A stretch of 35,540 bases of DNA from Octopus bimaculoides (lineage: Eukaryota): contig NC_068987.1 of NCBI RefSeq assembly GCF_001194135.2, positions 78,980,310 through 79,015,849 of the forward strand, in the 5' to 3' direction. Below, piece by piece: positions 10,351 through 21,701 of the stretch. Under the pieces are notes generated by a model, which searched no databases, was not told where the DNA came from, and saw nothing but the letters and a program-made list of their open reading frames with translations. Positions within the stretch are counted from its first letter, which is position 1. The number at the start of each line of letters is the position of its first letter. The position numbers and the translations under genes were made by a program.

Positions 10351-11090
10351 CTAACATACATACATATATACATACACACGCTTACACACTCACACAATTC
10401 GAATGCTCATAGAATTTACCTGGTTGGTGCTGGAAATAAACTTAAATTTTTGTTTACAAACATTACCTGTAAATTCTTGCTACCATGTGCTTCGATATGG
10501 TGGCTGTTGTTATTTGCGATGCTCTCATTGTAGGTGCTAGCCTTCTTTTTTTTCTTCTTTCTTTTATATTTTTTTCATGTCCTGTTTTCTCTTTTCTTAT
10601 CGGTCATTTTAGACCATTCTAGATTCTTGGTATTAAACCACGATATTTCTTCTTTGGTTCATCATATGCAACCAAAACAACAAACCTCATAAAAATATTT
10701 TGTTTTATTCGATTATTTTTTTTTTGTTCTTTGCCGCCATTCAACTTCTTCTCTTCTCAAATATCAATTATCCATTGATCAATTATCGATCCTCAATTAT
10801 CAATTAACAGTACTCTCTTGCAGCAGGTACCGGAACAAGTTGTTGATGTACAAATATAGAAGACAACTTGAGAGAGTCTAAACATTTTCTATTTTCTTCT
10901 CCTTTTCCTCCTCTTTTAACCTTCTTTCTTTCTCTCCCTTCTCCTCTCTTTCGTCAACCCCCCCTCTCTCTCTGTTTACCTTCCTCTCACTTTCTATTGT
11001 TCTCTTCTTTGTTGTCGTTATGCATGATGTTGATTTTCTTTCGGAGTTATTTCATTCATTGGAAACATACATGCAACCATACATACATCC

Positions 11091-11156
<66 letters not shown>

Positions 11157-11277
11157 TCATTTCATCATTCATGTATACCTGTATAAGCGGTATATGTGCG
11201 TGTTTATGCATTCGCACATATACGTATATATTCATATATACACACACATACAAACATGTATGTGCATATATATATAT

Positions 11278-11330
<53 letters not shown>

Positions 11331-11672
11331 TGCATATATATATATATATATATATANNNNNNNNNNNNNNNNNNNNNNNNNNNNNNNNNNNNNNNNNNNN
11401 NNNNNNNNNNNNNNNNNNNNNNNNNNNNNNNNNNNNNNNNNNNNNNNNNNNNNNNNNNNNNNNNNNNNNNNNNNNNNNNNNNNNNNNNNNNNNNNNNNNN
11501 NNNNNNNNNNNNNNNNNNNNNNNNNNNNNNNNNNNNNNNNNNNNNNNNNNNNNNNNNNNNNNNNNNNNNNNNNNNNNNNNNNNNNNNNNNNNNNNNNNNN
11601 NNNNNNNNNNNNNNNNNNNNNNNNNNNNNNNNNNNNNNNNNNNNNNNNNNNNNNNNNNNNNNNNNNNNNNNN

Positions 11673-11725
<53 letters not shown>

Positions 11726-11833
11726 GTGTGTGTGTATGTGTGTGTGTGTGTGTGTGCATATGTACACACAGAAACATATATGTGTATATACATGTGTGCA
11801 TGCAAATGTATATGTATGAGTGTGTGTATCTGC

Positions 11834-11877
<44 letters not shown>

Positions 11878-12277
11878 ATACACACACACACACATATATA
11901 TATGTATACACACACAATCTCTTCTATTATAACATGGGTGGTCTATAGAAATAACGCCGTTTCTAACTTTTCCTAACTACCTACATGACATTTCCCCACC
12001 ATCCCCGCCCATCTTCTTTCTTTTCTCCCTTTCACTCCCTTCGTGTATTTCTTTCCTATTTCATTGTTGTTTTAAATTGCTTTTCTTTTAGTAAACTCTT
12101 CCCTTTTTTGGACTATTTTGTCTGTTTACTTTGATAAAAGACAGACAGATAAATAATACATATATAGCCAGAACATGAGAATTTAAAATCACTTCTTTAA
12201 CTTTCTAAGACATCTCAACGCTTCTAAAAGCAAACTTCGTTTGTTTATTTACGTTTGTCGTAATTTGAATTTAATAC

Positions 12278-12342
<65 letters not shown>

Positions 12343-12522
12343 ATGTGTCGGAGCGTACTTACATGCATATATAAAGATATATACGTGTTCTATGAATGTA
12401 CGTATTTTGTATCTATGGATTTAACAAGAATGTAAATTTATTTATTAGTAGTAAATAGTAACAACCAATATATTTTGCGCTAAATCATTTTTAGTTACTT
12501 CAATATTCTTTATCCATACCAC

Positions 12523-12590
12523 TTTTCTTTTTCCTTTCTTTCTTTCTTCCTTTCTTTCTTCCTTTCTTTCTTTCTTTCTTTCTTTCTTTC
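12523..12590. repeat. (TTTC)n microsatellite
   Basis: Direct reading. Confidence 0.9.
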
Positions 12591-13330
12591 CATCTAACCA
12601 TGTTTTCATTCTTTCCATCTAACCATGTTTTCATTCTTTCCATCTAACCATGTTTTCATCNNNNNNNNNNNNNNNNNNNNNNNNNNNNNNNNNNNNNNNN
12701 NNNNNNNNNNNNNNNNNNNNNNNNNNNNNNNNNNNNNNNNNNNNNNNNNNNNNNNNNNNNNNNNNNNNNNNNNNNNNNNNNNNNNNNNNNNNNNNNNNNN
12801 NNNNNNNNNNNNNNNNNNNNNNNNNNNNNNNNNNNNNNNNNNNNNNNNNNNNNNNNNNNNNNNNNNNNNNNNNNNNNNNNNNNNNNNNNNNNNNNNNNNN
12901 NNNNNNNNNNNNNNNNNNNNNNNNNNNNNNNNNNNNNNNNNNNNNNNNNNNNNNNNNNNNNNNNNNNNNNNNNNNNNNNNNNNNNNNNNNNNNNNNNNNN
13001 NNNNNNNNNNNNNNNNNNNNNNNNNNNNNNNNTTCCATCTAACCATGTTTTCATTCTTTCCATCTAACCATGTTTTCTTTCTTTCCATCTAACCATGTTT
13101 TCATTCTTTCCATCTAACCATGTTTTCTTTCTTTCCATCTAACCATGTTTTCATTCTTTCCATCAAACCATGTTTTCATTCTTTCCATCAAACCATGTTT
13201 TCATTCTTTCCATCTAACCATGTTTTCATTCTTTCCATCTAACCATGTTTTCTTTCTTTCCATCTAACCATGTTTTCATTCTTTCCATCTAACCATGTTT
13301 TCATTCTTTCCATCTAACCATGTTTTCATC
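12588..13330. repeat. 25-bp minisatellite, unit TTCCATCTAACCATGTTTTCATTCT, spanning a gap
   Basis: Three units left of the gap (12588-12660) and twelve right of it (13033-13330); two single-base variants (...TTTCTTTCT and CATCAAACC); no spacers. Confidence 0.97.
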
Positions 13331-13514
13331 TCAGTCAATATTTTCGTTCTGTTATCCTTTCGGGTAACAGAAATCGATAATAAAGTAACCAATTCCAAGG
13401 AGTACCATACATACATACATACATACATGTACACACCTATCACCCTCAATTCTCCTGCCAGAATTTTGAGCAGCCCTGTGCCCTATACTGGACACTATCG
13501 TCAGTGGAATTTGA

Positions 13515-13665
13515 ACTTTACGTTTCGAGTCAATATCTCGCTGAATTTAACTTTGTCATTCATCCTTTCGTGGTCGATAAAATGAGTACCAGTTACATAA
13601 TGGGGGACGATGTAAGGGACGATGTAATCGGCTATCCCACTCTCCTAAAACTGTTGACCTTAGAA
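13515..13665 (+). mobile_element. Family B copy, degenerate
   Basis: tttacgtttcgagtc...aactttgtcattcatcctttcgtggtcgataaaatgagtaccag; 12-bp tandem duplication gggacgatgtaa at 13604-13627. Confidence 0.7.
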
Positions 13666-14508
13666 TTAACTTAATGCTTCGGAACAGGTGAATCGGTTGT
13701 GCGTAGAGACAATCATGTTGCATTTATTGCGGGGTCCCTCCGATTTGATTTCAAATCCAGCTGAAACCAAACGACTGTGCGTTAGTTTCGAGGCAGATAA
13801 AGTAAAATAACACTCCAGGGCGATGGCATGTTGTATTTGTTTCGACTCTGACATACGGAGATCAAATCTCGCCAAGATCACACTCATTATTTTTCTTTCT
13901 CTTTTCGTGACAGATAAAATTAATCACTGGATCAAGGCAATGGATTAGCACCGACTTTTATGTATGTCTTGTAGTAGTTGTTCAGGATTTTTTTTTTTCT
14001 TTGTATTCTTGAATGATATGCATATTCCACCGCCTGATTTAAAATTACTATTTAGTCCTTTCAAGGAGTTCGATCTGTTGCAAGCTTTTGGGCTACGTCC
14101 TTGGATTAAGGATAACGTTTTAACATTCACCTAGCATTCTTAGAGGACCGGAAAATAAAAGCTGCCCTTCACTTTCTGGCTAAATAGTTCAAAATGAAAT
14201 GATGGATATAATAACAAATATAACATTTACATTACTACAAAACATGCAGACTTGTATGGTCTACATGAAGAATTGAAATTTTGTCCCTCCTGCATTCTAA
14301 TGCATTGATACTTTACTTCTATTTGTTGGATGGCCGGTTATGTGGTCTGTCAGCTAAAAATGAGAAATACGAAAAAAAGAAAAAAATGGGCTGGAGTTCG
14401 ATTTTAATACGCACTTTTTTTTTTAACTAAGTTTCCCTGTGTTGTCTTGTTTCTGGAAAGTTCTTTTTTTTTATTATTACAGTCTCTCCTTGATCTCCAT
14501 TTATTTTG

Positions 14509-14558
<50 letters not shown>

Positions 14559-14949
14559 TTTGTAAGTAGCATGCACGAAACTATCGGCTCTTGAGTCAGT
14601 TTTTAACTTCCTACAAACAAAAGAAAGTTAAGAATACTCGTGTATTGAGTTTCATTTCTCCTGTTGGTTCTACCAAATCTGTGTGTGTGTGTGTGTGTGT
14701 GTATCCCAGTTGCCTTTTCATCTGGAGATTCCAGGACGTGACACTGGTTCATTACATATATACATACATACATACATACATACACACATAAGGAGAGTGT
14801 ATGCATAGTGTTAAAGGGTGTGTGTGCCCCAGCATAGCCGTATATCCACAATTCCATAACTAAAACTAATAACAACAGCCGTGTTTCCACATTTCCAATA
14901 TTTTCATTTTATGGTTTCTTCTTTTTTCGTCACTGCCAAATATTCATAT

Positions 14950-15021
14950 ATCTATCTATCTATCTATCTATCTTAGTAGATACGTGTCTTAGCAGATAGA
15001 CAGACAGATAGATAGATAGAC

Positions 15022-15080
<59 letters not shown>

Positions 15081-15098
15081 CAGATAGACAGACAGATG

Positions 15099-15170
<72 letters not shown>

Positions 15171-15260
15171 TGCAGATAGACAGACAGATAGATAGATATC
15201 TTTTTATTATAGCCACACAGGGCTAAATACAGAAAATGGACAAATTACAAAGTAGAGCTT

Positions 15261-15327
<67 letters not shown>

Positions 15328-15335
15328 AATAGGCA
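14950..15335. repeat. (TCTA)n followed by long (GATA/GACA)n tetranucleotide arrays
   Basis: Direct reading; about 60-bp spacer at 15199-15260. Confidence 0.95.
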
Positions 15336-15445
15336 GACACACAGACATAAATTTCAAAGTTTTAAATTTCTACAAAATACAAATTTCAATTCAGAAAAAA
15401 ATAAGGGAGAAAAATGCAATTCAAAGTCAAAAAAAGATAAATATA

Positions 15446-15610
15446 GGCGCAGGAGTGGCTGTGCGGTAAGTAGCTTGCTTAACAACCACATGGTTCCGGG
15501 TTCAGCCCCATTGCGTAGCATCTTGGGCAAGTGTCTTCTACTATAGCCTCGGACGGACCAAAGCCTTGTGAGTGGGTTTGGTAGACGGAAACTGAAAGAA
15601 GCCCGTCGTA

Positions 15611-15612
<2 letters not shown>
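15446..15612 (+). mobile_element. SINE family A, well-preserved 5' half with Pol III A/B-box-like motifs
   Basis: A-box-like TGGCTGTGCGG 15456-15466, B-box-like GGTTCAGCCCC 15499-15509, CORE-like tcttgggcaagtgtcttct; runs into (TA)n and then a gap. Confidence 0.9.
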
Positions 15613-15651
<39 letters not shown>

Positions 15652-16206
15652 NNNNNNNNNNNNNNNNNNNNNNNNNNNNNNNNNNNNNNNNNNNNNNNNN
15701 NNNNNNNNNNNNNNNNNNNNNNNNNNNNNNNNNNNNNNNNNNNNNNNNNNNNNNNNNNNNNNNNNNNNNNNNNNNNNNNNNNNNNNNNNNNNNNNNNNNN
15801 NNNNNNNNNNNNNNNNNNNNNNNNNNNNNNNNNNNNNNNNNNNNNNNNNNNNNNNNNNNNNNNNNNNNNNNNNNNNNNNNNNNNNNNNNNNNNNNNNNNN
15901 NNNNNNNNNNNNNNNNNNNNNNNNNNNNNNNNNNNNNNNNNNNNNNNNNNNNNNNNNNNNNNNNNNNNNNNNNNNNNNNNNNNNNNNNNNNNNNNNNNNN
16001 NNNNNNNNNNNNNNNNNNNNNNNNNNNNNNNNNNNNNNNNNNNNNNNNNNNNNNNNNNNNNNNNNNNNNNNNNNNNNNNNNNNNNNNNNNNNNNNNNNNN
16101 NNNNNNNNNNNNNNNNNNNNNNNNNNNNNNNNNNNNNNNNNNNNNNNNNNNNNNNNNNNNNNNNNNNNNNNNNNNNNNNNNNNNNNNNNNNNNNNNNNNN
16201 NNNNNN

Positions 16207-16247
<41 letters not shown>
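16207..16247. repeat. (AG)n microsatellite within GA/CA-rich low-complexity DNA extending to about 17330
   Basis: Direct reading. Confidence 0.9.
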
Positions 16248-16250
<3 letters not shown>

Positions 16251-16459
16251 TCTGAGTGACTGTACAAAGAGAGAGGGTGAGTGTGTAATGTGTGTGTGTG
16301 GGGGGGGGAACTGTGTGCCTGTGTGGTCTATACAAACACGATCTAACTAAAAGACTAAGAGACAGACACAACAAATACACAGAAAGACAGATAGATAGAA
16401 GGAAAGAGAGAGAGAAACCGACAGGCGAAATAAAGAAAGAGAGAGAGAAAAAAGAGAGA

Positions 16460-16498
<39 letters not shown>

Positions 16499-18404
16499 TT
16501 ATGAGTAAATGTGTGTGTGTTTATGTTTGTGTAGATACAATAAGCGTCGAAGTAAAAGACCGCGAGGCTGGGGAAAAGAGAGACAGGAGGAATAGAGAGA
16601 GAGTGATAGATACGGAATCGGAGAGATACAGAGAGTGTGAGAGAGGGAGAGATATTATGAGAGAGAGCAAGAGAGAGAGAGGGGAGAGTGTGCGTGTGAA
16701 AAGGAGAGTGAATGTGCCTGTATGTTGTCTATTTAATGTTTGTAGTCTTTTCTACAACTCTGGATAAAATAACCTCCTCACACACACACACGCAGACACG
16801 CACACACGCACACACGCACACGCACACGCACTTACAAATAAAAAAGCACCAAACACACATACACACACACACACATACAGGCACACACACAATCTCTTGT
16901 TTCTTGGCCCACAGCTACACACGCATACACCTATTTCCCCAATGTTTTAGTGTACTCTCTCTCTCTCCTCTCACTCTTTCTCTCTCACGCACACAGACAA
17001 ACCAACACACATATATACACATACACAATATCAGCGTACGTACATTCAAACACAGAGATATCGCCTTCTCTTCTACGTCCTCTGCCTTATTTGCCCTACC
17101 CCCACCTTGCATGCTTGCGCGGCTTCGCACCAGGACGCTAGCGCACGTTCATGTATGTTTCTTTCGTTCTTTCATCCTCTCCAGCATTCTCTCTCTCTCT
17201 CTCTTTCAGTCCATCTCCCATCTATTTCTACTCTTTCTCTACACATTCACAAGCACTGAGTATTCTCTTTCTCTCCCTTTCTCTCTTTATTTTTTTCTAA
17301 CTCTCACGCGCACTCCCACAATCATCATTTTTCAGGCTGGTCTTGTTGATTTCTTAACACANNNNNNNNNNNNNNNNNNNNNNNNNNNNNNNNNNNNNNN
17401 NNNNNNNNNNNNNNNNNNNNNNNNNNNNNNNNNNNNNNNNNNNNNNNNNNNNNNNNNNNNNNNNNNNNNNNNNNNNNNNNNNNNNNNNNNNNNNNNNNNN
17501 NNNNNNNNNNNNNNNNNNNNNNNNNNNNNNNNNNNNNNNNNNNNNNNNNNNNNNNNNNNNNNNNNNNNNNNNNNNNNNNNNNNNNNNNNNNNNNNNNNNN
17601 NNNNNNNNNNNNNNNNNNNNNNNNNNNNNNNNNNNNNNNNNNNNNNNNNNNNNNNNNNNNNNNNNNNNNNNNNNNNNNNNNNNNNNNNNNNNNNNNNNNN
17701 NNNNNNNNNNNNNNNNNNNNNNNNNNNNNNNNNNNNNNNNNNNNNNNNNNNNNNNNNNNNNNNNNNNNNNNNNNNNNNNNNNNNNNNNNNNNNNNNNNNN
17801 NNNNNNNNNNNNNNNNNNNNNNNNNNNNNTGCATACTTTATTCCTACATATGTTTCAGATGATTACAACCTGTGTGATCCATAGGGATCTTTGATAGTAA
17901 AATTGTAACCTTCTCATCAGGGAAAGCATGGGAATCATCTTAAACGTAAGAGGAGTTCCTGCCTTAAAAACAGGAACTAAACCACAGTTATTTTGTGTTC
18001 TTTGCTACATTGGTTTCTATTAACCCATTTATTCTATCAGAAGAATTTTTATTCATTAAGATAGAAGAAATACACATAATTATATATAGGTGCTCCGTTA
18101 TTTTTCTGTGTAGAAGATCATGTTATTCCATCCAGTAGGTATGAGAGATTCTGCTGCTATTTGGGGAGGGTTAATTTCTACAGTTAATTCCTCTCGTCCA
18201 ATTGGACAACTATTGTTTTAAACTATCTAGGCTTAGCTACGGTTGGATAGACACCAATGGGTCAATAGGGTTAGGGCGCGCATGCATACGTACACCTACA
18301 CACGCGCGCGCGCATGCGTGCTATATATATCCATATCTTAAATTATAGAAAGATCCGATAATGAATGAATAAAATGAACAAAATAAAACAGAAGCAAAAA
18401 AAGA

Positions 18405-18635
18405 TGCTGCCTCAACATGGGAACTTCTATGAGACACCTCACCGTGCTTGAAATAACAACCAGGTTCCCTCTACCTCACGCTATCGTACATTTTAAAATA
18501 AAATCTGAATATCAAGTGCTACATTAAATGACAATGCATTATGAGATATACGATACCGGGTAAAAAAGCAATCATATCTGGAACATTTTAGGTCATATCT
18601 CTTTTTAATTAGGGCCAGCATGAAGTTAAACAACG
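18405..18635 (+). mobile_element. Family E, highly degenerate copy
   Basis: gtgcttgaaataacaacc...cacgctatcgt...taggtcatatctct...gggccagcatgaagttaaacaac parallels the copy at 32899-33090. Confidence 0.45.
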
Positions 18636-19067
18636 ATTGTCACTACAAACAAGACAATATAAGAAAAAATATCACCTTTAAGGCCTTTTGTATGCCTACC
18701 ACGACTTCATTACTACGACTGACACCAACAACAGCATCAATGCTAATACCACCAAATTCAAGCGGAACACTACCAATATCACTAAATTCAACATCAACAC
18801 GACCAACACCAACACTGCAATCACAACTGGCTCCAATGCAACACTATAGATAGGTTCTTTCTTTTTCTCGCTAATGATTTCTCTTTACTTACCTGCCTCT
18901 CCCTCTCTCTCTCTCTCTCTCCATCAACTATCATGAACGCCAGTATCATCAGCTCACTAGTACCAACATGACCACCACCACTAGTCTCCCATTTCTTGAA
19001 TGACTTCAGTAAGTGTGACCAATGTATAACATAAGAAAATAAAACCGTATTGATAATTTTTACTGTT

Positions 19068-19433
19068 AAGCGTGAAGCTTCGTGGTTTTGTGGTTAGGGT
19101 TAGGGTTAGGGTTAGGGTTAGGGTTAGGGTATTCGGCTCACGGTCGTATAGTCGTATAGTCGTGAGTTCGATTCCCGGACGCCCGTTATATCCTTGAGCA
19201 AGTCACTTTATTTCACGTTGTTCCAGTCTACTAAGCTGGCAAAAATAAGTCGTGCCTGTATTTCAAAGGGCCAGCCTTGTCACATGGGGTGTCATGCTGA
19301 ATCTCCTTGAGAGCTACGTTAAGGGCATGCGTGTTTGAGCAGTGCTCAGCCACTTGCACGTTAATTTCACGAGTAAGCTGTTCCACTGAGCGGATCAATT
19401 GGAACATTCATCATCGTAACCGATGGAGTACCA
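19068..19433 (+). mobile_element. SINE family C (tRNA head + CORE-like domain), near full length
   Basis: B-box-like GAGTTCGATTCCC 19164-19176; CORE-like tccttgagcaagtcactttatttcacgttg; same domain as the minus copy at 28277-28535. Confidence 0.85.
19094..19129 (+). repeat. Interstitial telomeric-type repeat (TTAGGG)6 inside the SINE head
   Basis: Six perfect TTAGGG units between GTGG and TATTCGGCTCAC. Confidence 0.97.
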
Positions 19434-19437
19434 CTAA

Positions 19438-19630
19438 ACTGGCAGAGTGTTGGTAGATTGGTTACAATGTTGGAGAAATTGCTTAGTGGCATTCTGTCCG
19501 TCTTTACTTTCTGAGTTCAAATTTGCCTTTCATCCTTTCAGGATCAATAAAATAAGTACCAGTTGAGCACGGGGGTCGATGAAATCGATTAGCTCCACTC
19601 CACCAAATTTCAGGCCTTGTACTTATAATA
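19438..19630 (+). mobile_element. Family B copy directly after the family C copy
   Basis: ctggcagag...gtccgtctttactttctgagttcaaat|ttgcctttcatcctttcaggatcaataaaataagtaccagttgagcacgggggtcgat...aaatttcaggccttgt; about 15-bp internal deletion relative to 32041-32240. Confidence 0.85.
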
Positions 19631-20954
19631 ACAATGATTCTTATTCTAATTGCATGGGATTAAGGAGTAAATGGCGAGATGCATCAAACGGAGGGAAGAA
19701 AATGACGGTGTTAAAAGTCGCTGGTATACAAGATAAGTTTTACGGCTGAAATTCTTTTGGTATTTATGCTCTACGGCTTCTCTTGACTAACTTAGGGTTA
19801 AACAATAACAATACTCCGCACCACCTCTTACTCACTTTCTTCCCCTCTCTCTCTCTCCCCTNNNNNNNNNNNNNNNNNNNNNNNNNNNNNNNNNNNNNNN
19901 NNTCCCCCCTCTCTCCCATTCTCTCCCTCTCTCTCTCCTGTCGCATCTTGATGTCTTAAAACAAACGAGGACGTGATTTATAAGTATATTTAGAGCAACA
20001 GAAAAAATAATTCAACGGTAACTTGGTAGTCAGGTTTCTTTACATTTTAAGTTCAAATACTGCTGCCATTAATTTTTGCCGTTCATCGCTTTTCGAGTGA
20101 TGATAAAATAAATTATCATTGAAATATTAGTCAATTTAATATTCCTGCAAAGCACCCTAGATGTAAATGGAGGAAGATTAACACAAACTTATTAGATAAT
20201 TAATTTGGATGCAATTTTTATGTGATAGACAAAAATAGATGAGACAGTTATATAATGTTTACAATGCAGGCATATTCGAGCAGGGATGAAATGGCGCCAA
20301 ACCGTATTAATGTTGAACTTTTTTCTTTGTTCTTTATTTTGTTCTTTTTTAATGTTTATTATTGTTGTTGCTTTTACTGTTAGCCTCAGGTCAAAACTGA
20401 TTGAAGAGGGAACACACGTTGCCTTAGGTACAATGTATGTGGGAAAAAAAAAAAGAATGGGTACTCCTGCCTGGAACATCCTGATTATACATTAGATAAA
20501 GAAGGACTGATTTAGGGTCAAATAACAACCAATATAAGAACTAATATAGTAATGATCTACATGCCTACCAATGTTAAGCTTAATCTTATGGGCAGACCCC
20601 AGATTGAAATAGCGCTTCCACACGTGAGATAGTGTTGCATCTTTCTTATCTATGGCGTTACTGTTTCATCCACAACTTTTCCCGTACTTGTTGATCTCCA
20701 TGTCGAAAACTGTGTACCTGCTCTTACATTTAGACTGGGCTAATGCTTTGCATTTGAAGCCATACAATTACGCATATACATGAGGCCTTGCTACTACTCC
20801 AATTATGTGGTATTACTGCTGCTTCTACATTTGTAACTGTGACAGTTTTGCTTCTTCTATGTCTGGGATCGTGCTACTATTTATGCATATTGGACTATGC
20901 TGCTACAGCAACACCCGGAACGGAGATGCTGTACTTAAGTCTTGAATAGTGGTA

Positions 20955-21048
20955 CTTGAGGAGAGGAATCTCTCTGATGTCCGATACTTCAACCACACGT
21001 AAAACACACGGGCCTTCTGTCTGTTACCACAAATCTCATTTTGCTTTC
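20955..21048 (-). mobile_element. Possible decayed CCHC zinc knuckle of a LINE ORF1 (L1/Tx1-like)
   Basis: Minus-strand translation ESKMRFVVTDRRPVCFTCG*SIGHQRDSSPQ approximates CX2CX4HX4C with one extra codon and the last Cys as Ser (TCT). Confidence 0.35.
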
Positions 21049-21701
21049 ATTTGTTAAGTAAACACGGTTGAGAACTATTTATGATCCTATAGCGGTAACA
21101 TATGTAGATCGGGCTGAACCTTCGAATAGTTCTGGAGAATTGAAGATTTTCTCTTAGTCACTTCTCCATATTTCTCCACAGTCATTTCTGTGTTCAAGAG
21201 ATTTGTACGGCGCAGTCGTGTATATAATGAACTATGACCTTTGTCATGCATTTCAATACATATGATACGAGGAGTTGATCATGAGAAGCGCATATTATTG
21301 TTGATAACATCCGAGCCACTTTTTCCTCGTGTGTATAATGCCAGAACTAAATTGAAATTCAGCTTCTCTTTACGTATCAAAATCCCTTCAGATTTCTTTG
21401 AGACACTCTTCTATTTGTGTCTGCGTCGGTTTGTCCACTTTTCTAGTCCTGCATTTCATCCATTTATAAACAACTGAGTGTGTCTGCTTCCGGTGTGGTG
21501 GTATTTGTATAAGAAGCGTAACAGCAAAGCCAAATCCGTCTCTCTCTGCGATAAGGGTAACTGTCATACGTATATATTTTAATACATTTAAAGAAAGAAA
21601 GATATTAGATAGACTGCTGTGTTTGATTTGAAGAATGAAACTTAATATGGTGTGGCATTCATTTATTAAGGTCTTAGGGTAGGAGAAAAAAAAATATAAC
21701 A

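Noticed and set aside
12588-13330. Regular 25-bp repeats as a CRISPR array
   Set aside because: Head-to-tail units with no spacers, in a eukaryotic context, with no cas genes.
13347-13372. Hairpin as a histone stem-loop or bacterial terminator
   Set aside because: Stem does not match the histone consensus, there is no upstream gene, and the context is eukaryotic.
14011-14133. Plus-strand open stretch MHIPPPDLKLLFSPFKEFDLLQAFGLRPWIKDNVLTFT*
   Set aside because: Short, no convincing splice pair, no recognised homology.
15446-15520. SINE heads as tRNA genes
   Set aside because: A/B-box-like motifs are present, but each continues into a SINE body and I could not build a full cloverleaf.
17874-17918. 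Kinase-like VIHRDL...NLLI after a TTTCAG acceptor
   Set aside because: Three consecutive stops follow HRDL, spacing to NLLI is five codons rather than three, and no DFG follows; probably chance.
18276-18321. Alternating purine-pyrimidine tract with a short (CG)n run as a Z-DNA element
   Set aside because: Short, and similar CA/TG-derived tracts occur throughout the window.
19094-19129. (TTAGGG)6 as a real telomere or fusion site
   Set aside because: Only 36 bp, one orientation, embedded in a SINE with collinear sequence on both sides.
21290-21560. Mariner N-terminus on the minus strand
   Set aside because: Vague resemblance only; no terminal repeat or catalytic motifs.
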